Shown piece by piece: positions 15,242-16,528 of a stretch of 16,528 bases of DNA (within the stretch, counting starts at the first letter, position 1; each line of letters starts with the position of its first letter). Location of the stretch: positions 1-16,528 of the forward strand of contig JANNWY010000262.1 in the NCBI GenBank assembly GCA_031409335.1. Reading direction: 5' to 3'. Both the position numbers and the translations under genes were made by a program. This DNA comes from Chthoniobacteraceae bacterium. Lineage in GTDB: Bacteria > Verrucomicrobiota > Verrucomicrobiia > Chthoniobacterales > Chthoniobacteraceae. Under the pieces are notes generated by a model. That model was not told the origin of the DNA. It did not search any database and was given only the letters and a program-made list of their open reading frames with translations.

Positions 15242-16528
15242 ATGAAACTCGCCCATCTGTTCGTCCCCGCGCTCTTCCTCGTCTTCATCGTCTCGCTTTC
15301 CGCGGCCACGCCGCCGGGGAAGACGCAACAGCTCACCTCGCCGGATCAGGTGCCCGAGGGGCTGGCGAAGTCCGACTGGCACAGCATCCGCGCTGCTTAC
15401 GAAGCGGGGCGGCACGCTTTCCAGCCGATCGAAGGCGGATGGCAGGCGCGCAATCCGGGGCAGCAATGGACCACGAAATTCGACGGACGCGGTTTCGTGG
15501 CCGAGCCGAAGGATGGCGCGTGGCAGTGGGGGCTGGAACTGAAGGGCTACGGCTTCCCCGGCGCGGAGCGCGCCGTCGGCGGCGTGCCGGCGGTGAAGGC
15601 CGAGGGCCAGCGGCTCACCTACGGCTGGGATGCGGCGGTGCAGGAGTGGTGGGTGAATGATGCGCGCGGGCTGGAGCATGGCTTCACGGTGCGGGAGAGG
15701 CCGGGGGGCGCTCCGTCTCTCAACTCTCAACCCTCAACTCTCAACTTTTCCGTCGCCGTCCGCGGCACCCTCAGCCCTCAAATCACCGCCGATGCCCAAG
15801 GCGTGGAGTTCCGCGACCCCGCCGGAGCCACGGTGCTCACCTACGCCGGGCTCAAGGTCTGGGATGCGGATGGCAAGCCCCTCGCCTCCCGTTTCGCCCC
15901 ACTCGACACCCGGCACCCGACGCTCGTCACTCTCGTCGTGGAAGAGCGCGGCGCGCGCTACCCACTGACCATCGACCCCATCGCCCAGCAAGCCTATCTC
16001 AAGCCCGCCGCCGTCGGCACCTCGCAGGCAGGGGACGTTTTCGGCATCTCGGTGGCCGTCTCGGGCGACACGGTGGTCGTCGGGGCACCCTATGAGGGTA
16101 GCAGCACGACGGGCGTGAACAGCACGCCCGACGAGGGCGCCATCTATGCCGGCGCGGCCTACGTTTTCGTGCGAAGCGGGACGACGTGGATGCAGCAGGC
16201 GTATCTCAAACCCGCCGCCGTCGGCACTACGCAGGCGGGGGACTGGTTCGGCTGGTCGGTGGCCGTCTCGGGCGACACGGTGGTCGTCGGAGCACCCTAT
16301 GAGGGCAGCAGCACGACAGGCGTAAACAGCACGCCCGACGAGAACGCCACCGCTTCCGGCGCGGCCTTTTTTTTCACGCGCAGCGGTACGACGTGGACGC
16401 AGCAAGCCTATCTCAAACCCGCCGCCGTCGGCACCTCGCAGGCAGGGGACGTTTTCGGCATCTCGGTGGCCGTCTCGGGCGACACGGTGGTCGTCGGCGC
16501 ATTCAAGGAGGACAGCAGCACGACGGGC
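15242..16528 (+). CDS. Secreted FG-GAP (integrin-alpha beta-propeller-like) repeat protein, partial
   Basis: Manual translation from ATG 15242: signal peptide MKLAHLFVPALFLVFIVSLSA, N-terminal domain (EWWVND.RGLEHGF, YAGLKVWDADG, YPLTIDP), then repeats QQAYLK...GD.FG.SVAVSGDTVVVGAP.E...GAAYVF.RSGTTW. Open to the window end; absent from the ORF track. Confidence 0.92.
   Translation, partial: MKLAHLFVPALFLVFIVSLSAATPPGKTQQLTSPDQVPEGLAKSDWHSIRAAYEAGRHAFQPIEGGWQARNPGQQWTTKFDGRGFVAEPKDGAWQWGLELKGYGFPGAERAVGGVPAVKAEGQRLTYGWDAAVQEWWVNDARGLEHGFTVRERPGGAPSLNSQPSTLNFSVAVRGTLSPQITADAQGVEFRDPAGATVLTYAGLKVWDADGKPLASRFAPLDTRHPTLVTLVVEERGARYPLTIDPIAQQAYLKPAAVGTSQAGDVFGISVAVSGDTVVVGAPYEGSSTTGVNSTPDEGAIYAGAAYVFVRSGTTWMQQAYLKPAAVGTTQAGDWFGWSVAVSGDTVVVGAPYEGSSTTGVNSTPDENATASGAAFFFTRSGTTWTQQAYLKPAAVGTSQAGDVFGISVAVSGDTVVVGAFKEDSSTTG
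15717..15744 (+). repeat. Heptanucleotide tandem repeat (x4) inside CDS
   Basis: CTCTCAA CTCTCAA CCCTCAA CTCTCAA, encoding SLNSQPSTLN. Confidence 0.85.
15902..15929 (+). repeat. Degenerate heptanucleotide tandem repeat (x4) inside CDS
   Basis: CTCGACA CCCGGCA CCCGACG CTCGTCA, encoding LDTRHPTLVT. Confidence 0.55.
15986..16528 (+). repeat. 207-bp (69-aa) tandem FG-GAP repeats, about 2.6 copies visible
   Basis: Units start at 15986, 16193 and 16400 with CAGCA(A/G)GC(C/G)TATCTCAA. Confidence 0.95.

Noticed and set aside
14662..15336. 224-aa minus-strand ORF
   Set aside because: Overlaps the better-supported small ORF and the FG-GAP start on the other strand; only a short heptad-like stretch, covered under the repeat finding.
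16367..16374. T8 tract as a phase-variation site
   Set aside because: Short, in frame, and explicable by point changes from the TAC GTT TTC of the neighbouring repeat.
15986..16528. Long repeats as a CRISPR array or DGR template/variable pair
   Set aside because: They are in-frame 207-bp protein repeats with no spacers, the differences are not adenine-specific, and no cas or reverse transcriptase gene is in the window.

Overview
GC-rich bacterial window. Two PEP-CTERM proteins, a secreted ThuA-like protein and an FG-GAP protein point to a diderm host, most plausibly Verrucomicrobiota (inference, no marker gene present). Left to right: the start of an IS5-family element (truncated, missed by the ORF track), a cytoplasmic hybrid histidine kinase and a stand-alone receiver, a PPK2-family kinase, a PEP-CTERM protein, a LysR regulator with a T-N11-A box, a ThuA-like protein, a PEP-CTERM HEXXH metalloprotease, a secreted hypothetical protein and an N-terminally extended stand-alone RsmH. 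Divergent from rsmH is a complete D-alanylation operon in the non-canonical order dltD-dltC-dltX-dltA-dltB; the 47-aa dltX is not in the ORF track. It is followed by a GNAT-like gene with a small basic ORF that has its own apparent leaderless promoter, then a truncated secreted FG-GAP repeat protein (also missed by the track). The main finding is an apparently intact, rearranged Dlt pathway in an organism that should lack teichoic acids, implying an unknown D-alanine acceptor. All calls come from motif recognition by eye; no searches were run.
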